Assembly (NCBI GenBank): GCA_900543825.1
Contig: UQSR01000005.1
Span: 11,122-75,121, forward strand
Direction: 5' to 3'
Length of the DNA stretch: 64,000 nucleotides
Source of the DNA: an uncultured Mycoplasmatota bacterium
GTDB taxonomy: Bacteria; Bacillota_I; Bacilli_A; RF39; UBA660
Below the pieces are notes generated by a model. The model was not told where the DNA came from and ran no database searches. It saw nothing but the letters and a program-made list of their open reading frames with translations. Below, one piece after another: positions 36,927 through 47,435 of the stretch. Position 1 is the stretch's first letter. Every line of letters starts with the position of its first letter. Both the position numbers and the translations under genes were made by a program.

Positions 36927-38450
36927 TTACTGGTTGTTTTTTGGTATTATTATTCTTTTGATTATATAATAGATTATAGTTATAAATATGTAAAAAATTA
37001 TGACTAAAATGCTATTGATGATGTTTTTTGTATCTACTTTTATTATTAATGTAAATAATGTTAATATTAAACATAATATTATGTTTTCATAGATAATATT
37101 TAATATGCTATTAAAGTTATCTAATAAATTTATTTTTAGTTTTCTAGTTAAAAGTATTATTCCAATAATAATACTGATTATTAGTCCTAATATTGTACTG
37201 GCTATGCTTCCGAAATATGCTGTATATCCCATTCTATATGCTGAATTTATTAGTGGTACTTCAAAAATTATCTTAGTTATTAAGCTTATTAAAAGAAATA
37301 TTATAATATTTTTTTCTTTGTTACATATTATATTTATATTTACAATACTATCGTATATTGTATAAAAGAATATTAATGGTACTAATCCGAAAATAAAGTT
37401 ATAATCGTTATTAAATAATGTAATATTGATTGGTCCTGATATAATCATTAATATTATAGTTATCGTTAGGCTGGTATTGATTATTTTATTTAATATTTTA
37501 TGAAATAAGTCTTTATAGTTATTATCTTTGTTTATTATAGATGTTTTTAATTTATTTATATCTGTATTATATATTTTTTTGATTATTAAATGTATAATAT
37601 ATATAATTATTATTCCATAAAAGTATGTATTGGTAATATAATTTGATACATCATCATAACTATATTTATATCTATTTAGTAATATATAATATAATACTAT
37701 AATGGATATGTATATATATGATGCGTTTATTATATTATATATTATTATGCATCTATTATCTATTAATGATTTTTTTATTTGTATAATATAATTTATTTTT
37801 GTTTCTTCTCTCTTTTTTGTATATTTATTGTTTTTCTTTACTACTAATATATAAGATAATATTATTAGTATTATGCCTAATATTATTGGTACTAAATATA
37901 TTATTATTATTTTTAAATAATCTTCTAATAAAAAAACTTTATATAGTAAGAAGATATTGATTATATTAAATAATATACTACTTAATTTATATATATTTAA
38001 TAATATGTTTTTTTTATATCCAAATATATTTAAATAGTTATTTATTAGTTTTATAATAAGTGATATGGATAAGAATATTGTCATGGTTATATTAACTAGA
38101 TATAATTTTTCTATATTTATTAGTGTTGATATAATGTAAGATATTACTCCTAAAAGCATGGTTAAAATAATGATAAGTAATATACTACATTTAAATACTT
38201 TATTCATTGTATATAGATATTTTTTATCATAATAATCATTTAATAATTTTTTTATTTTATTTGAACTAAATATACTATAATATATTAAAAACAAGCTAAA
38301 ACTAAAGGTAAGTAAGAAAGTATTACTATTTTTAGTAAGATGATATAATACTATTATATATATAAATGTTAAGATATTTATTATTTTCTTCATATGTACT
38401 CCTAAGAAAATTATATAGGAAAATATTGTTTTTGTAAACTTTTTTTGCAA
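36927..38450 (-). CDS. Large polytopic membrane protein, unknown function
   Basis: 507 aa, at least 12 hydrophobic segments, extremely Ile/Asn/Tyr-rich. Confidence 0.5.
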   Translation of the reverse strand: MQKKFTKTIFSYIIFLGVHMKKIINILTFIYIIVLYHLTKNSNTFLLTFSFSLFLIYYSIFSSNKIKKLLNDYYDKKYLYTMNKVFKCSILLIIILTMLLGVISYIISTLINIEKLYLVNITMTIFLSISLIIKLINNYLNIFGYKKNILLNIYKLSSILFNIINIFLLYKVFLLEDYLKIIIIYLVPIILGIILIILSYILVVKKNNKYTKKREETKINYIIQIKKSLIDNRCIIIYNIINASYIYISIIVLYYILLNRYKYSYDDVSNYITNTYFYGIIIIYIIHLIIKKIYNTDINKLKTSIINKDNNYKDLFHKILNKIINTSLTITIILMIISGPINITLFNNDYNFIFGLVPLIFFYTIYDSIVNINIICNKEKNIIIFLLISLITKIIFEVPLINSAYRMGYTAYFGSIASTILGLIISIIIGIILLTRKLKINLLDNFNSILNIIYENIILCLILTLFTLIIKVDTKNIINSILVIIFYIFITIIYYIIKRIIIPKNNQ

Positions 38451-38499
38451 AAGTAGTTGATTTTTTAATAATATTGTGGTATCATTTATATCGACTGAT

Positions 38500-38576
38500 G
38501 TCTTGGTAGCTCAGCTGGATAGAGCAATCGCCTTCTAAGCGATCGGTCTGGAGTTCGAATCTCCACCAGGACACCA
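38500..38576 (+). tRNA. tRNA-Arg with anticodon UCU
   Basis: GTCTTGGTAGCTCAGCTGGATAGAGCAATCGCCTTCTAAGCGATCGGTCTGGAGTTCGAATCTCCACCAGGACACCA; anticodon loop CT-TCT-AA, T-loop TTCGAAT, encoded CCA. Confidence 0.85.
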
Positions 38577-38586
38577 CTTAGATATT

Positions 38587-38619
38587 AACTTCTTACTTAG
38601 TAAGAAGTTTTTTATTTTT
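38587..38619 (+). terminator. Rho-independent terminator of tRNA-Arg
   Basis: AACTTCTTAC-TTA-GTAAGAAGTT hairpin followed by TTTTTATTTTT. Confidence 0.7.
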
Positions 38620-38945
38620 CTCTTAATTCTCTTACGCTCAAGTTATAACTTTCTGTTATAGATATATAATAATTAATTTCATTAACATCATTAAGTGATA
38701 ATAATTCTGAGTAATGACTCCAAGATAATTGTTGCGACAATGTCGCAACTTTTTCAGACAATACATAAAATTGTCGCATTCTGGACAATGCAATGAAGGT
38801 ATAGCCTTTTCCTAGTTCACTGGTTAACCTTTTGGAATACTCTTTTATTAATCCATTCCCATACTTTGCCCTATTTTCACCACCTTTTGCTTATATACTT
38901 CATTATCTATTAGTTTATTTTTTATTTCATTATAATAATTCATAT
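38620..38945 (-). pseudogene. Decayed duplicate of the 5' third of the adjacent DUF1016/PD-(D/E)XK nuclease gene
   Basis: 38616-38690 and 38900-38945 are ~95% identical to 39466-39540 and 39815-39860; the middle is diverged. It retains a GGAGGA RBS and an ATG (MNYYNEIKNKLIDNEVYKQ...) but carries an internal deletion/frameshift and a premature stop. Confidence 0.5.
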
Positions 38946-38952
38946 CATCCTC

Positions 38953-39867
38953 CTAACTTATTACATAATCTCTAGTATATATTCTGTTATCGCTTGAATA
39001 TTCTATATAATAATGATTATCACGCCTAGATATAATAATACCTATTGTTTTATCTTGATTAATACTTTTAATATGTTTATCTATATAATTCATATATACT
39101 TCTATTTGTCCTATATGTTCTTTCTTTAGTTCACATACTTTTAATTCTATTACTATAAAACAATTATAAATATAATTAAATAATAATAAGTCTATATAAT
39201 TATAAGTATTACCTATTTTTATTTTGTATTCATTTTCTATAAAACTAAAGCCATCTCCAAGTTCTTTTAAAAACGATGGTATATCTTCGAGTATCAATCT
39301 TTGAAGCATCTTCTCAGAAATATTTTCTATATCATAATTATATTTATTCTTAATAACTATTGGATTCTTAATAAAATCACTTACGTTAACTTCTTCTTTA
39401 TTAATTAGTTTTAATTTAGCATTATCGTCTAATCTTTGATATTCTTTATTTTTAATTCTTTCTCTCAATTCTCTTACACTCAAATTATAACTTTCTATTA
39501 TAGATATATAATAATTAATTTCATTAATATCATTAAACTTTAGAATTTCTTTGTAATGGCTCCATGTTAATTGGTCCGACAGTGTAGGACTTTTTTCATA
39601 CAATATATAAAACATTCTCATATATTTAAGTGAAGTTATAGAATACTTTTTCCCCAAATCTTTTGTTAATCGCTCAGAGTATTCTTTAATTAAGCCATCA
39701 CCATATTTTGCCCTATTTTCACCACCTTGTGCTTCAATTAACAATCTACCAACTTCATAATAAGTACTAATCTCATTTCTATTCTTAGAATAATCTTTTA
39801 CTCTTTTATATACTTCATTATCTATTAATTTACTTTTAATCTCATTATAATAATTAATTTTATTCAC
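38953..39867 (-). CDS. DUF1016 (YhcG-like) protein with C-terminal PD-(D/E)XK nuclease fold
   Basis: N-terminal YYEVGRLLIEAQGGENRAKYGDGLIKEYSERL...MRMFY (DUF1016_N); C-terminal IDLLLF ... VIELK PD-(D/E)XK-like motifs. Confidence 0.6.
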   Translation of the reverse strand: MNKINYYNEIKSKLIDNEVYKRVKDYSKNRNEISTYYEVGRLLIEAQGGENRAKYGDGLIKEYSERLTKDLGKKYSITSLKYMRMFYILYEKSPTLSDQLTWSHYKEILKFNDINEINYYISIIESYNLSVRELRERIKNKEYQRLDDNAKLKLINKEEVNVSDFIKNPIVIKNKYNYDIENISEKMLQRLILEDIPSFLKELGDGFSFIENEYKIKIGNTYNYIDLLLFNYIYNCFIVIELKVCELKKEHIGQIEVYMNYIDKHIKSINQDKTIGIIISRRDNHYYIEYSSDNRIYTRDYVIS

Positions 39868-41911
39868 CTTCCTTCATAATTGCAGTACGAACTCTAACTT
39901 TACTTTTATTAATCTTGATATTAATACTTCCATCCAAATCAGTTCTATATATTTTTGAATTGTTTAAATTTTCTAATACTTCTTCGTTAGGATGGCCATA
40001 TATATTACCTTTCCCCAAAGATATAAGTGAAATTTTAGGAGTAATACAATCTATAAAATCTTTACTACTACTAGTCTTAGAACCATGATGTCCTACCTTA
40101 AAAAAAGTAATATCCGAAAGATTATATTTAGACATAATATAATCCTCAACATTACTAGAGGCATCCCCCATAAACAAAAACTTATATTTCAAATATTCAA
40201 AATAAATAACATTACTATTATCATTTTCATTATCAAATATCTTATCATTAAGAAAATATAAATATATACCATGAATATCAATTTTATCACCAAAAGTATC
40301 ATATCCAATGTCCTTATCCTCAAAAATATCAATAGCTTCTTCTTCAAATAACGATTTATCACCTCTATTAAAAATAACCATATCTACCCTAAAATTATCA
40401 GTAAGATTAATAAGACCACCAATATGATCCTTATCACCATGACTAATAATAACATAATCAAGTTTTCTAATCCCTCTGCTTTTCAAATACATTATAATAT
40501 TATTCTTCATAATAGAATACCCATCATCTTCCCCAGTATCAATAAGAATATTACCACCATTATTAGGAAAACTAACAAGATACGAATCACCCTCTCCAAC
40601 ATCAAACATAGTAATCTCTAAATTATTATTAAAATAAGGATAAATATAATGAATTAAAGTAACTAAAATAAACAAATATATAAACCTCTTATATCTATAA
40701 ATACCATAAATAATAACAAAATATAAAATAACTATAATAATACTAGGTTTGCAAAAAATAAATCTCATAAAAGAAATATCATTCAAAAAGAAAGATATAT
40801 CCTCTAAAATACTAGTAAAGAAAAACATAATACTATCACATATAGGAAAAAACAAAGTAATAATAGCAAGTGGAATCAAAATAACACTAACTATAGGTAC
40901 AATTAAAACATTAATAATAATACTAAAAACATTAACCTCATAAAAATAAAATACAGTAATAGGAAAAGATACCAAAAAAGATATAACAGAAGTATAAACT
41001 ACCTTAATAAAATAATTTTTATTTTTATATTTATCATAAAAAAGAATAAGAAAAAAACTAATTAAATAAGAATAAATAAAACCAATATCATAAATAATAA
41101 AAGGATTAATAAAAATAGCGATAACTAAAGTAAATAACATAATATCAATTTTATCAATTTCCAATTTAAAAAAATAATTAATACTACTAAGTATAAACAT
41201 AATACAGGCTCTAAGTAAAGAAGAAGTATATGAAAAAATCAAATAAAATATAAGAAAAATATCACTAATAAAATATTTAATACGTTTATTATAAGTAATC
41301 TTATCCAAATAAATATATAAAATACCAATAATAAGATTAATATGCATACCACTTATAGAAAACAAATGACTTATACCATTAATTCTATAACTTTCCTTAA
41401 TATCACTAGAAAGACTATTATCTCCAAATAATAAAGTCTTAATATAATTACCAGACTTAAATTTATTAACCCTATCATATAAAATATTTTTCAAAGTATA
41501 AAAATAATTACTATTATTTTCTATCTTATTAATACTACTAGCCTTAACTATATAAAATATCTTCCTATTATATAAATAATCTTTATAACTAAAAGAGTTA
41601 AATATAGTACTATCCATAGGAGTATATAACTCTCCTTTAACAAGAAGTTTATCACCATAAAGAAGTTTATCAAAAACCAAATTATTATAACTATAATTAA
41701 CAATTAATACCTCTTTAGCCTTAAGCGTAATACTAATCTTACCATCACTAACTTTATAATCAGTAACAATTCCCACAAAAGTATCATCGTCTTTTTCATA
41801 ACAAGATTCAAATTTATAATAACGCGTAAACAATATCGCTCCTATTAAAAAAATTAAAGCTAATAACTTAAATAAATATTTAAACTTTAATATACATCTT
41901 AATCTTTTCAA
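39860..41911 (-). CDS. comEC: DNA internalisation competence protein ComEC/Rec2
   Basis: 683 aa: N-terminal OB/DUF4131-like region, multi-TM competence domain, C-terminal metallo-beta-lactamase fold (ISHGDKDHIGG). Confidence 0.85.
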   Translation of the reverse strand: MKRLRCILKFKYLFKLLALIFLIGAILFTRYYKFESCYEKDDDTFVGIVTDYKVSDGKISITLKAKEVLIVNYSYNNLVFDKLLYGDKLLVKGELYTPMDSTIFNSFSYKDYLYNRKIFYIVKASSINKIENNSNYFYTLKNILYDRVNKFKSGNYIKTLLFGDNSLSSDIKESYRINGISHLFSISGMHINLIIGILYIYLDKITYNKRIKYFISDIFLIFYLIFSYTSSLLRACIMFILSSINYFFKLEIDKIDIMLFTLVIAIFINPFIIYDIGFIYSYLISFFLILFYDKYKNKNYFIKVVYTSVISFLVSFPITVFYFYEVNVFSIIINVLIVPIVSVILIPLAIITLFFPICDSIMFFFTSILEDISFFLNDISFMRFIFCKPSIIIVILYFVIIYGIYRYKRFIYLFILVTLIHYIYPYFNNNLEITMFDVGEGDSYLVSFPNNGGNILIDTGEDDGYSIMKNNIIMYLKSRGIRKLDYVIISHGDKDHIGGLINLTDNFRVDMVIFNRGDKSLFEEEAIDIFEDKDIGYDTFGDKIDIHGIYLYFLNDKIFDNENDNSNVIYFEYLKYKFLFMGDASSNVEDYIMSKYNLSDITFFKVGHHGSKTSSSKDFIDCITPKISLISLGKGNIYGHPNEEVLENLNNSKIYRTDLDGSINIKINKSKVRVRTAIMKEGE

Positions 41912-42527
41912 ACAAAGAATCCCCTATACCATCTACATTCTTAATATCATCTATAGAATTAAAATTACCATTCTTATCTCTATATTCAATAATAGCTTTA
42001 GCCTTACTTCTTCCAATACCTTTAATATCCATAAGTTCATCTATATTAGCAGTATTAATATTAACAAGTTCATCATCTTCATTATTATCACTAATACATG
42101 CATCATTACTAATATCAGGGCAATCACATACACATACCTCATTTTTATATTTCTCTAAAATTTCTTCATTAGAATAAATAATAATAGTCATTTCATCACT
42201 AACTACTTTAGCCAAATTAATCTTACTAGTATCAGCTCCATCAAGTAGTCCTCCAGCGGTTTCAATAACATCATTAACCCTAAAACTACTAGGAACCTCA
42301 TATACACCAGGATTAACCACCATCCCCTTAATATCCACTATTACAGTATTAGTATCATCTTTCATCTCTTCTATTATATCATCATTACTATTATTATCAC
42401 TATCATCTTTTTCTTTAAAAATATCTACCACATCATCACTCTTACTATAATTATTTTTATATAAAACAAAAATAATACCTCCAAGTATAAAAGAAATACC
42501 AAGTAAAATAAAAATTACCTTCTTCAA
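41880..42527 (-). CDS. comEA: Competence DNA-binding protein ComEA (membrane-anchored HhH)
   Basis: N-terminal TM, SLBB-like middle region, C-terminal tandem helix-hairpin-helix (NINTANIDELMDIKGIGRSKAKAIIEYRDKNGNFNSIDDIKNVDGIG). Confidence 0.8.
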   Translation of the reverse strand: MKKVIFILLGISFILGGIIFVLYKNNYSKSDDVVDIFKEKDDSDNNSNDDIIEEMKDDTNTVIVDIKGMVVNPGVYEVPSSFRVNDVIETAGGLLDGADTSKINLAKVVSDEMTIIIYSNEEILEKYKNEVCVCDCPDISNDACISDNNEDDELVNINTANIDELMDIKGIGRSKAKAIIEYRDKNGNFNSIDDIKNVDGIGDSLFEKIKMYIKV

Positions 42528-42606
42528 ATCTACTCCTTTCCTTCTCCATTTTGTATTTTTTATTATAATAATAATTAATTAACAAGTCAATAAAGTTAAC
42601 AAAAAA

Positions 42607-42649
42607 GGAATATAAAAAAAGGAAAATATAAACCCCTATATTTTCCTTT
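42607..42649 (-). terminator. Strong rho-independent terminator after the 433-aa cadherin-like gene (separates it from comEA-comEC)
   Basis: 13-bp stem AAAGGAAAATATA-AACCCC-TATATTTTCCTTT; the minus strand continues with TTTTATATT. Confidence 0.6.
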
Positions 42650-42679
42650 ACCACTAACTTCTAGTAGCACTATATTATA

Positions 42680-43981
42680 TTACATTAATTTATTTTTATT
42701 CTTAATTTTATGTCTATTATCCTTTTTCTTAATTAAAATTATAGAAAAAGTAATAATAGTAATAGCAAGTACCCCTATAGATATAAGTAAATATAGAAAA
42801 TAATTATCAGCCTTTTTCTTATATCCATTAACAACATCATTATTAAGTCTTTGTATAGTAGCTTCTTTTCTATCATAAGTATAAAGTCCTATCTTACCAG
42901 TAGTTTCATTTTGTGCATATATAAGATAGAAGTCACTATTGTTAAGTACATAACCATCTATCTTCTTACCATCATACTCAAATGTTTTCTTAACATAACC
43001 ATCAGGTATTTTATCCTTTGGCATATCAAGAACACTCAAATACAAATTACCAACCTTAATACCATTATACTTAGTATAAGTCTTCTTCTTTTCATCATAT
43101 ATATAATAAGCAGCATTACCACTTTCATCTTTAATACCAACAAGTACTACTTTAGTAACTTTGTTCCTATAACATAAAACATCATTATCATTAATTTTAA
43201 TAGTATCTTTTTCATAATTTTCCGGAGGATCAATAACACCCTCTTTTCTAATTATATTATATTTCTTCTTATCAATAGTAACCTCTATCGGATCAAGTTC
43301 TTTAACCGTTACATTAATAACATAAACCCTTTCATTACCATTTTCTGCCGTAACCTTAATTTCAATCTTATTAACACCTTCAGTTACACTAACTTCTCCA
43401 TCGCCCTTAACACTAGCAGAAGAATCAGCCTTCTCAGCTTTAATATTAACTTTTTCAGTACCATTAGGAACTTCTACACTATACTCTTTAGTTTCTTTAT
43501 CAAAAGAAGGCGAAATATCAAACCCATCAATAGCTAAAGATTTCAAATAATTATTCGAAGAATACTCACGAGTAGGCTTCTTAATAACAACAGGTTCCTT
43601 AACCGTAATAGAAATAGAACTATTATCTAAAGAATAACCCTTATCAACAGCAAGTTCTCTAAGAACAACATTAGAAGTTTTGCAAGTAACAGTCCCTGAA
43701 GAAGTAGGTTTAATAGTAAACGAAAAGCTCTTAGAAGTACTCTTAGTATCCATATCCTCAAAAGACATATCCCTACTAGCAGTAACACCAGAACCACTAC
43801 AATTAATAGAACCCTCAGTAGTATAAATACCACTGCCAGCACTTATAGTAGCAGTAATAGTCACACTATCACCCCTAGTAACAGAACTCTTATTAGCACT
43901 AACACTAACACTAGAAGCACTCACAGTAGAAAACAAAAACAAACCAAAAACAAAAACCATAAAAAATCTAATTTTCTTCAC
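42680..43981 (-). CDS. Membrane-anchored surface protein with cadherin-like beta-sandwich domain
   Basis: Signal peptide, Ser/Thr-rich Ig-like region, cadherin-like segment (NNYLKSLAIDGFDISPSFDKETKEYSVEVPNGTEKVNIKA...), and a C-terminal TM plus basic tail. Confidence 0.55.
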   Translation of the reverse strand: MKKIRFFMVFVFGLFLFSTVSASSVSVSANKSSVTRGDSVTITATISAGSGIYTTEGSINCSGSGVTASRDMSFEDMDTKSTSKSFSFTIKPTSSGTVTCKTSNVVLRELAVDKGYSLDNSSISITVKEPVVIKKPTREYSSNNYLKSLAIDGFDISPSFDKETKEYSVEVPNGTEKVNIKAEKADSSASVKGDGEVSVTEGVNKIEIKVTAENGNERVYVINVTVKELDPIEVTIDKKKYNIIRKEGVIDPPENYEKDTIKINDNDVLCYRNKVTKVVLVGIKDESGNAAYYIYDEKKKTYTKYNGIKVGNLYLSVLDMPKDKIPDGYVKKTFEYDGKKIDGYVLNNSDFYLIYAQNETTGKIGLYTYDRKEATIQRLNNDVVNGYKKKADNYFLYLLISIGVLAITIITFSIILIKKKDNRHKIKNKNKLM

Positions 43982-43993
43982 AAAAATAACCTC

Positions 43994-46516
43994 CTATTTA
44001 TTCAAATTAGTATATCCCTTAAGATGTCTCAAAATACCCAAACAATCATCCTTATCAATCTTACCATCTTTATTATTATCAGCAGCTATAGCATAATAAG
44101 ATTTCAAATCACCATAACCCTTAAGATGTCTCAAAATACCCAAGCAATCATCCTTATCAATCTTACCATCACCATTAACATCACCATAGATAACAATACC
44201 AAAACTCTCTTCTTCCTTACCATTACCAATAACTACAACGTCTCCAGTAACAAAAGTACCACTAGTCTTATTATTACCTTTATTATCCTTTATATTAACA
44301 CTAGCATAATTACTAACTTTCTTAATATTATCAATTAAACTACTAATAGAAGTACCCTCATCAATACCAAAAATATAATCATTATTATATTTAATACCAG
44401 AACTATTCAAAATAGTATCAATTGATGGAATATCATCAGGATTATCTATCTCATCACGTTTAACATTAATAACATATTCTCTACTATTACCACTCTCAGA
44501 AGTAACAATAACACTTATCTTCTTCTCATTACTATCAATACTAATATCACCAGTACCACTAATAGAAGATGAACTAGCAATCTTACTAGCACTAATATTA
44601 ACACTACCAGTACCAGCAGGTACACTAACATCATAAGTATAAGTATCATAACTAAATCCACTAACAGTAGTCCCATTAACCTTCAAATCATTTAAATAAT
44701 TATTAGGATTACCAATTCTAGGAGCAGTAACAGCATAATTAGGCATATCCTTATATACAGGAATAGTAAATTCTAAATCCTTATCAAAATAATCCGAAAT
44801 AATATTAACATAAGACTTATAAACCTTATCAGTCTCTTGAGCAATAACCGCTAAATTCTGCATATACTGATGTGTATAATTACCATTATTCGTAGATACA
44901 TCAAACTTCTCATAATATAAAGTATCCTGATTAACACCACAATATTCATCATAAATAAACTTACTACCACCATATATACCACGATATGGAGTATTCCATC
45001 CATTTTCAACAGCATATCTCATACCATTTAAAATCTTATTAGTACCATAAACCTTAATATTAAAGAAATTATAATAATTAGAATAATTAGTACCATCTAA
45101 AGTAAAACTACCACCACTTCTAGGATCAGAAGTACCAATACCAGATATTTCCTGTTTAATTCTCGCTGCTATATGAAAAGAACTAATACCAATATCTTTA
45201 GTAGCATTAAAAACATCAGAATAAGCATTACCACTATAACCAGAATAAACACTATTCCAATAACTATTATTACCCATTATCTTTTTTACACCATCTTCAG
45301 TATGATTACTATTATAATTAAGAAGTTCATAGGCAATAATATATTTAATATTCAAATAATTTCTCGGATCCAAATAATAAGCTACAGCCTCTGAAGAAGC
45401 ATCATACCATCCATTCTCAGTAGCATAAGAAGTAAACTTATTGCTCAAAATATCATAACTATTTATACCCATCGAATAATAATTCTCATTAAATGCACTA
45501 CCCTGTAATAAATTACGACCATAAGCATTCTCTCCACTTACAACCCCATCAAAAGTAAGAGGTATCGTTTCACTTATAAATTTCCAATTAGGATGCCTTG
45601 CATGAAGTTCTGCTAAATAAGGCAAATAGCTATCAGGAAAACCACCTTTTCTTAAAAAATTATAATAATCATCCAAACTATTATTCTTATAATAATTAAT
45701 AGCCATATCAGAAAGCTTAGTAGTATTAACATAATAACCACATACATAACCACTATTACCCTTACTATCTGTTATATTATAATAATAAGGACAAATACCA
45801 CTAGATTCAGAAGAAGAATTAATAGTTATAACTTCACCACAACTAACCTTTTTACCAGTAGTACTACCGCCAGGAGTCTTTCTAAGAGATAAGTCACCAG
45901 TATCCTCAAAACAACTAATAGTTCCATCTCCACTAGGTTTAGAATTATAATTATCTTTTTTATAAATATTATCTCCACTACCCCTACCAATATCTTTAAC
46001 TGGTGTAGAACTATTAACATCACCTATATATTTACCACATGCATATCCAGTATTACCATTATGTCTAACTTTATACCAATTATCACACTTAGTATTACTA
46101 GCAACATTCTTCTCTAATATTTCCATCTCTTCATTACAATCTAATTTATCAACCTTATTAGTTTTATTAATATCACTCCATATATTTAAAGGATCAGTAT
46201 TCTCAATGCATAAAGCCTTACCCTTATAAGTAGTATTAGAATCTTTAAGTTTAATATAATCACCACATGCATAACCAGTAGTAATATCATATCTAACCTT
46301 ATACCAAGTCCTGCAATTACTAGTAGATCCAGCATTAGTATCAAGAACCTCTACATCACTACCACATGGAATACCCTTTCCTATTAAAGAACCACCAGCA
46401 CTATTTCTTATATTAATAGGTTCATTATCATCAGGACAATAAGCAGTTCCATTAGCAGCATATCCTACATTTATAAATAAAACAAATAATACCAAAGTAA
46501 TAATTATCTTCTTCAT
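43994..46516 (-). CDS. Secreted multidomain cell-wall hydrolase candidate: 3x SH3b-like repeats + GH73-like glucosaminidase region + cadherin-like domain + C-terminal dockerin
   Basis: Three WYKV...GY(A/V)CG repeats and an ENGWNTPYRG / YTHQYMQNLAVIAQ glucosaminidase-like segment. Also a cadherin-like NNYLNDLKVNGTT... segment and a duplicated Ca-binding dockerin pair (GDVNGDGKIDKDDCLGILRHLKGY twice). Confidence 0.5.
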   Translation of the reverse strand: MKKIIITLVLFVLFINVGYAANGTAYCPDDNEPINIRNSAGGSLIGKGIPCGSDVEVLDTNAGSTSNCRTWYKVRYDITTGYACGDYIKLKDSNTTYKGKALCIENTDPLNIWSDINKTNKVDKLDCNEEMEILEKNVASNTKCDNWYKVRHNGNTGYACGKYIGDVNSSTPVKDIGRGSGDNIYKKDNYNSKPSGDGTISCFEDTGDLSLRKTPGGSTTGKKVSCGEVITINSSSESSGICPYYYNITDSKGNSGYVCGYYVNTTKLSDMAINYYKNNSLDDYYNFLRKGGFPDSYLPYLAELHARHPNWKFISETIPLTFDGVVSGENAYGRNLLQGSAFNENYYSMGINSYDILSNKFTSYATENGWYDASSEAVAYYLDPRNYLNIKYIIAYELLNYNSNHTEDGVKKIMGNNSYWNSVYSGYSGNAYSDVFNATKDIGISSFHIAARIKQEISGIGTSDPRSGGSFTLDGTNYSNYYNFFNIKVYGTNKILNGMRYAVENGWNTPYRGIYGGSKFIYDEYCGVNQDTLYYEKFDVSTNNGNYTHQYMQNLAVIAQETDKVYKSYVNIISDYFDKDLEFTIPVYKDMPNYAVTAPRIGNPNNYLNDLKVNGTTVSGFSYDTYTYDVSVPAGTGSVNISASKIASSSSISGTGDISIDSNEKKISVIVTSESGNSREYVINVKRDEIDNPDDIPSIDTILNSSGIKYNNDYIFGIDEGTSISSLIDNIKKVSNYASVNIKDNKGNNKTSGTFVTGDVVVIGNGKEEESFGIVIYGDVNGDGKIDKDDCLGILRHLKGYGDLKSYYAIAADNNKDGKIDKDDCLGILRHLKGYTNLNK

Positions 46517-46599
46517 ATCTTCTACCTCATACTAATTATAACATTTTTAGACAATTTTTGCTATACAAATAAGTAAAATTATAAAATAATACATAATAA

Positions 46600-46635
46600 A
46601 TGTAAAAAAAGAAATAACAATATACATTATTTCTT
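46600..46635 (-). terminator. Rho-independent terminator after the 225-aa gene
   Basis: AAGAAATAA-CAATATACA-TTATTTCTT hairpin; the minus strand continues with TTTTTACAT. Confidence 0.5.
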
Positions 46636-46647
46636 TTAAAAGTAAAT

Positions 46648-47325
46648 TTATTTATAATTATCAAATAATGATAAATCACTACTAGGTATAGTTATCATTT
46701 CTTTAACATTTTCAGGTGGTCTATATTCATTACCCGCTTCTATATATTCATCACCAGAATAATAAGTTCTAACAAGCCAATCATTTTCTAATTTATAGTA
46801 AGTATAATGCTGATATCCCATATGTGCAAAAAATATCACTAGTTGACCATCATTAGATAAATAAATATTACCATGGCCACATCCAAAAATGCCAACATTT
46901 ACAATATCATCAGCATATTTAAGATTTGGATTATCAGTATAAGTATAAACAGATATTTCTTTAGTAGCCTCACTATCACCACTAACAATAAATAACTCTG
47001 GAATACCATCCTTGTTCATATCATACAAATAATAATTAGAATCATTTCTATTTTTTAATATTTTTTTATAATTACTCATTACATCAGATATATTTACAGA
47101 AGTTTTATTATCTTCCTTACCAGTATTATCATTGGTTTGCTCATCATTACCGCCAATATTTTCATTATCATTATTATTTTCATTTTTGTCAGTAGTATCA
47201 CCTTTTTTATTTTCACTAAATACTTTATCATAGACAACATATCCACCTAAACAAATCACCAAAACAAATAATATAATAGCTAAAATAATTAAAAACTTAT
47301 TTTTCTTTTCCATACAATCCTCCAT
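46648..47325 (-). CDS. Membrane-anchored/secreted hypothetical protein with acidic Asn/Asp-rich linker
   Basis: N-terminal TM (FLIILAIILFVLVICLGGYVVY), low-complexity linker and a ~130-aa C-terminal globular region. Confidence 0.45.
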   Translation of the reverse strand: MEDCMEKKNKFLIILAIILFVLVICLGGYVVYDKVFSENKKGDTTDKNENNNDNENIGGNDEQTNDNTGKEDNKTSVNISDVMSNYKKILKNRNDSNYYLYDMNKDGIPELFIVSGDSEATKEISVYTYTDNPNLKYADDIVNVGIFGCGHGNIYLSNDGQLVIFFAHMGYQHYTYYKLENDWLVRTYYSGDEYIEAGNEYRPPENVKEMITIPSSDLSLFDNYK

Positions 47326-47400
47326 ATATAATATATTTTATCGTCATATATAATAAAAGTAAATATTATTTATAAATTTTACAAATAAATCATACATAAG

Positions 47401-47430
47401 TGTAAAAAGAATCTATCAAAAGATAGATTC
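47401..47430 (-). terminator. Rho-independent terminator after the 444-aa surface-protein gene
   Basis: GAATCTATC-AAAA-GATAGATTC hairpin; the minus strand continues with TTTTTACAC. Confidence 0.55.
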
Positions 47431-47435
47431 CAAAA

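Noticed and set aside
43627-46023. ORFs 43627..43842 and 45826..46023 (Leu/Val-rich) and 44024..44338, 45173..45394
   Set aside because: They lie on the same or opposite strand as the large surface-protein genes but out of frame. They are low-complexity reverse-frame artefacts.
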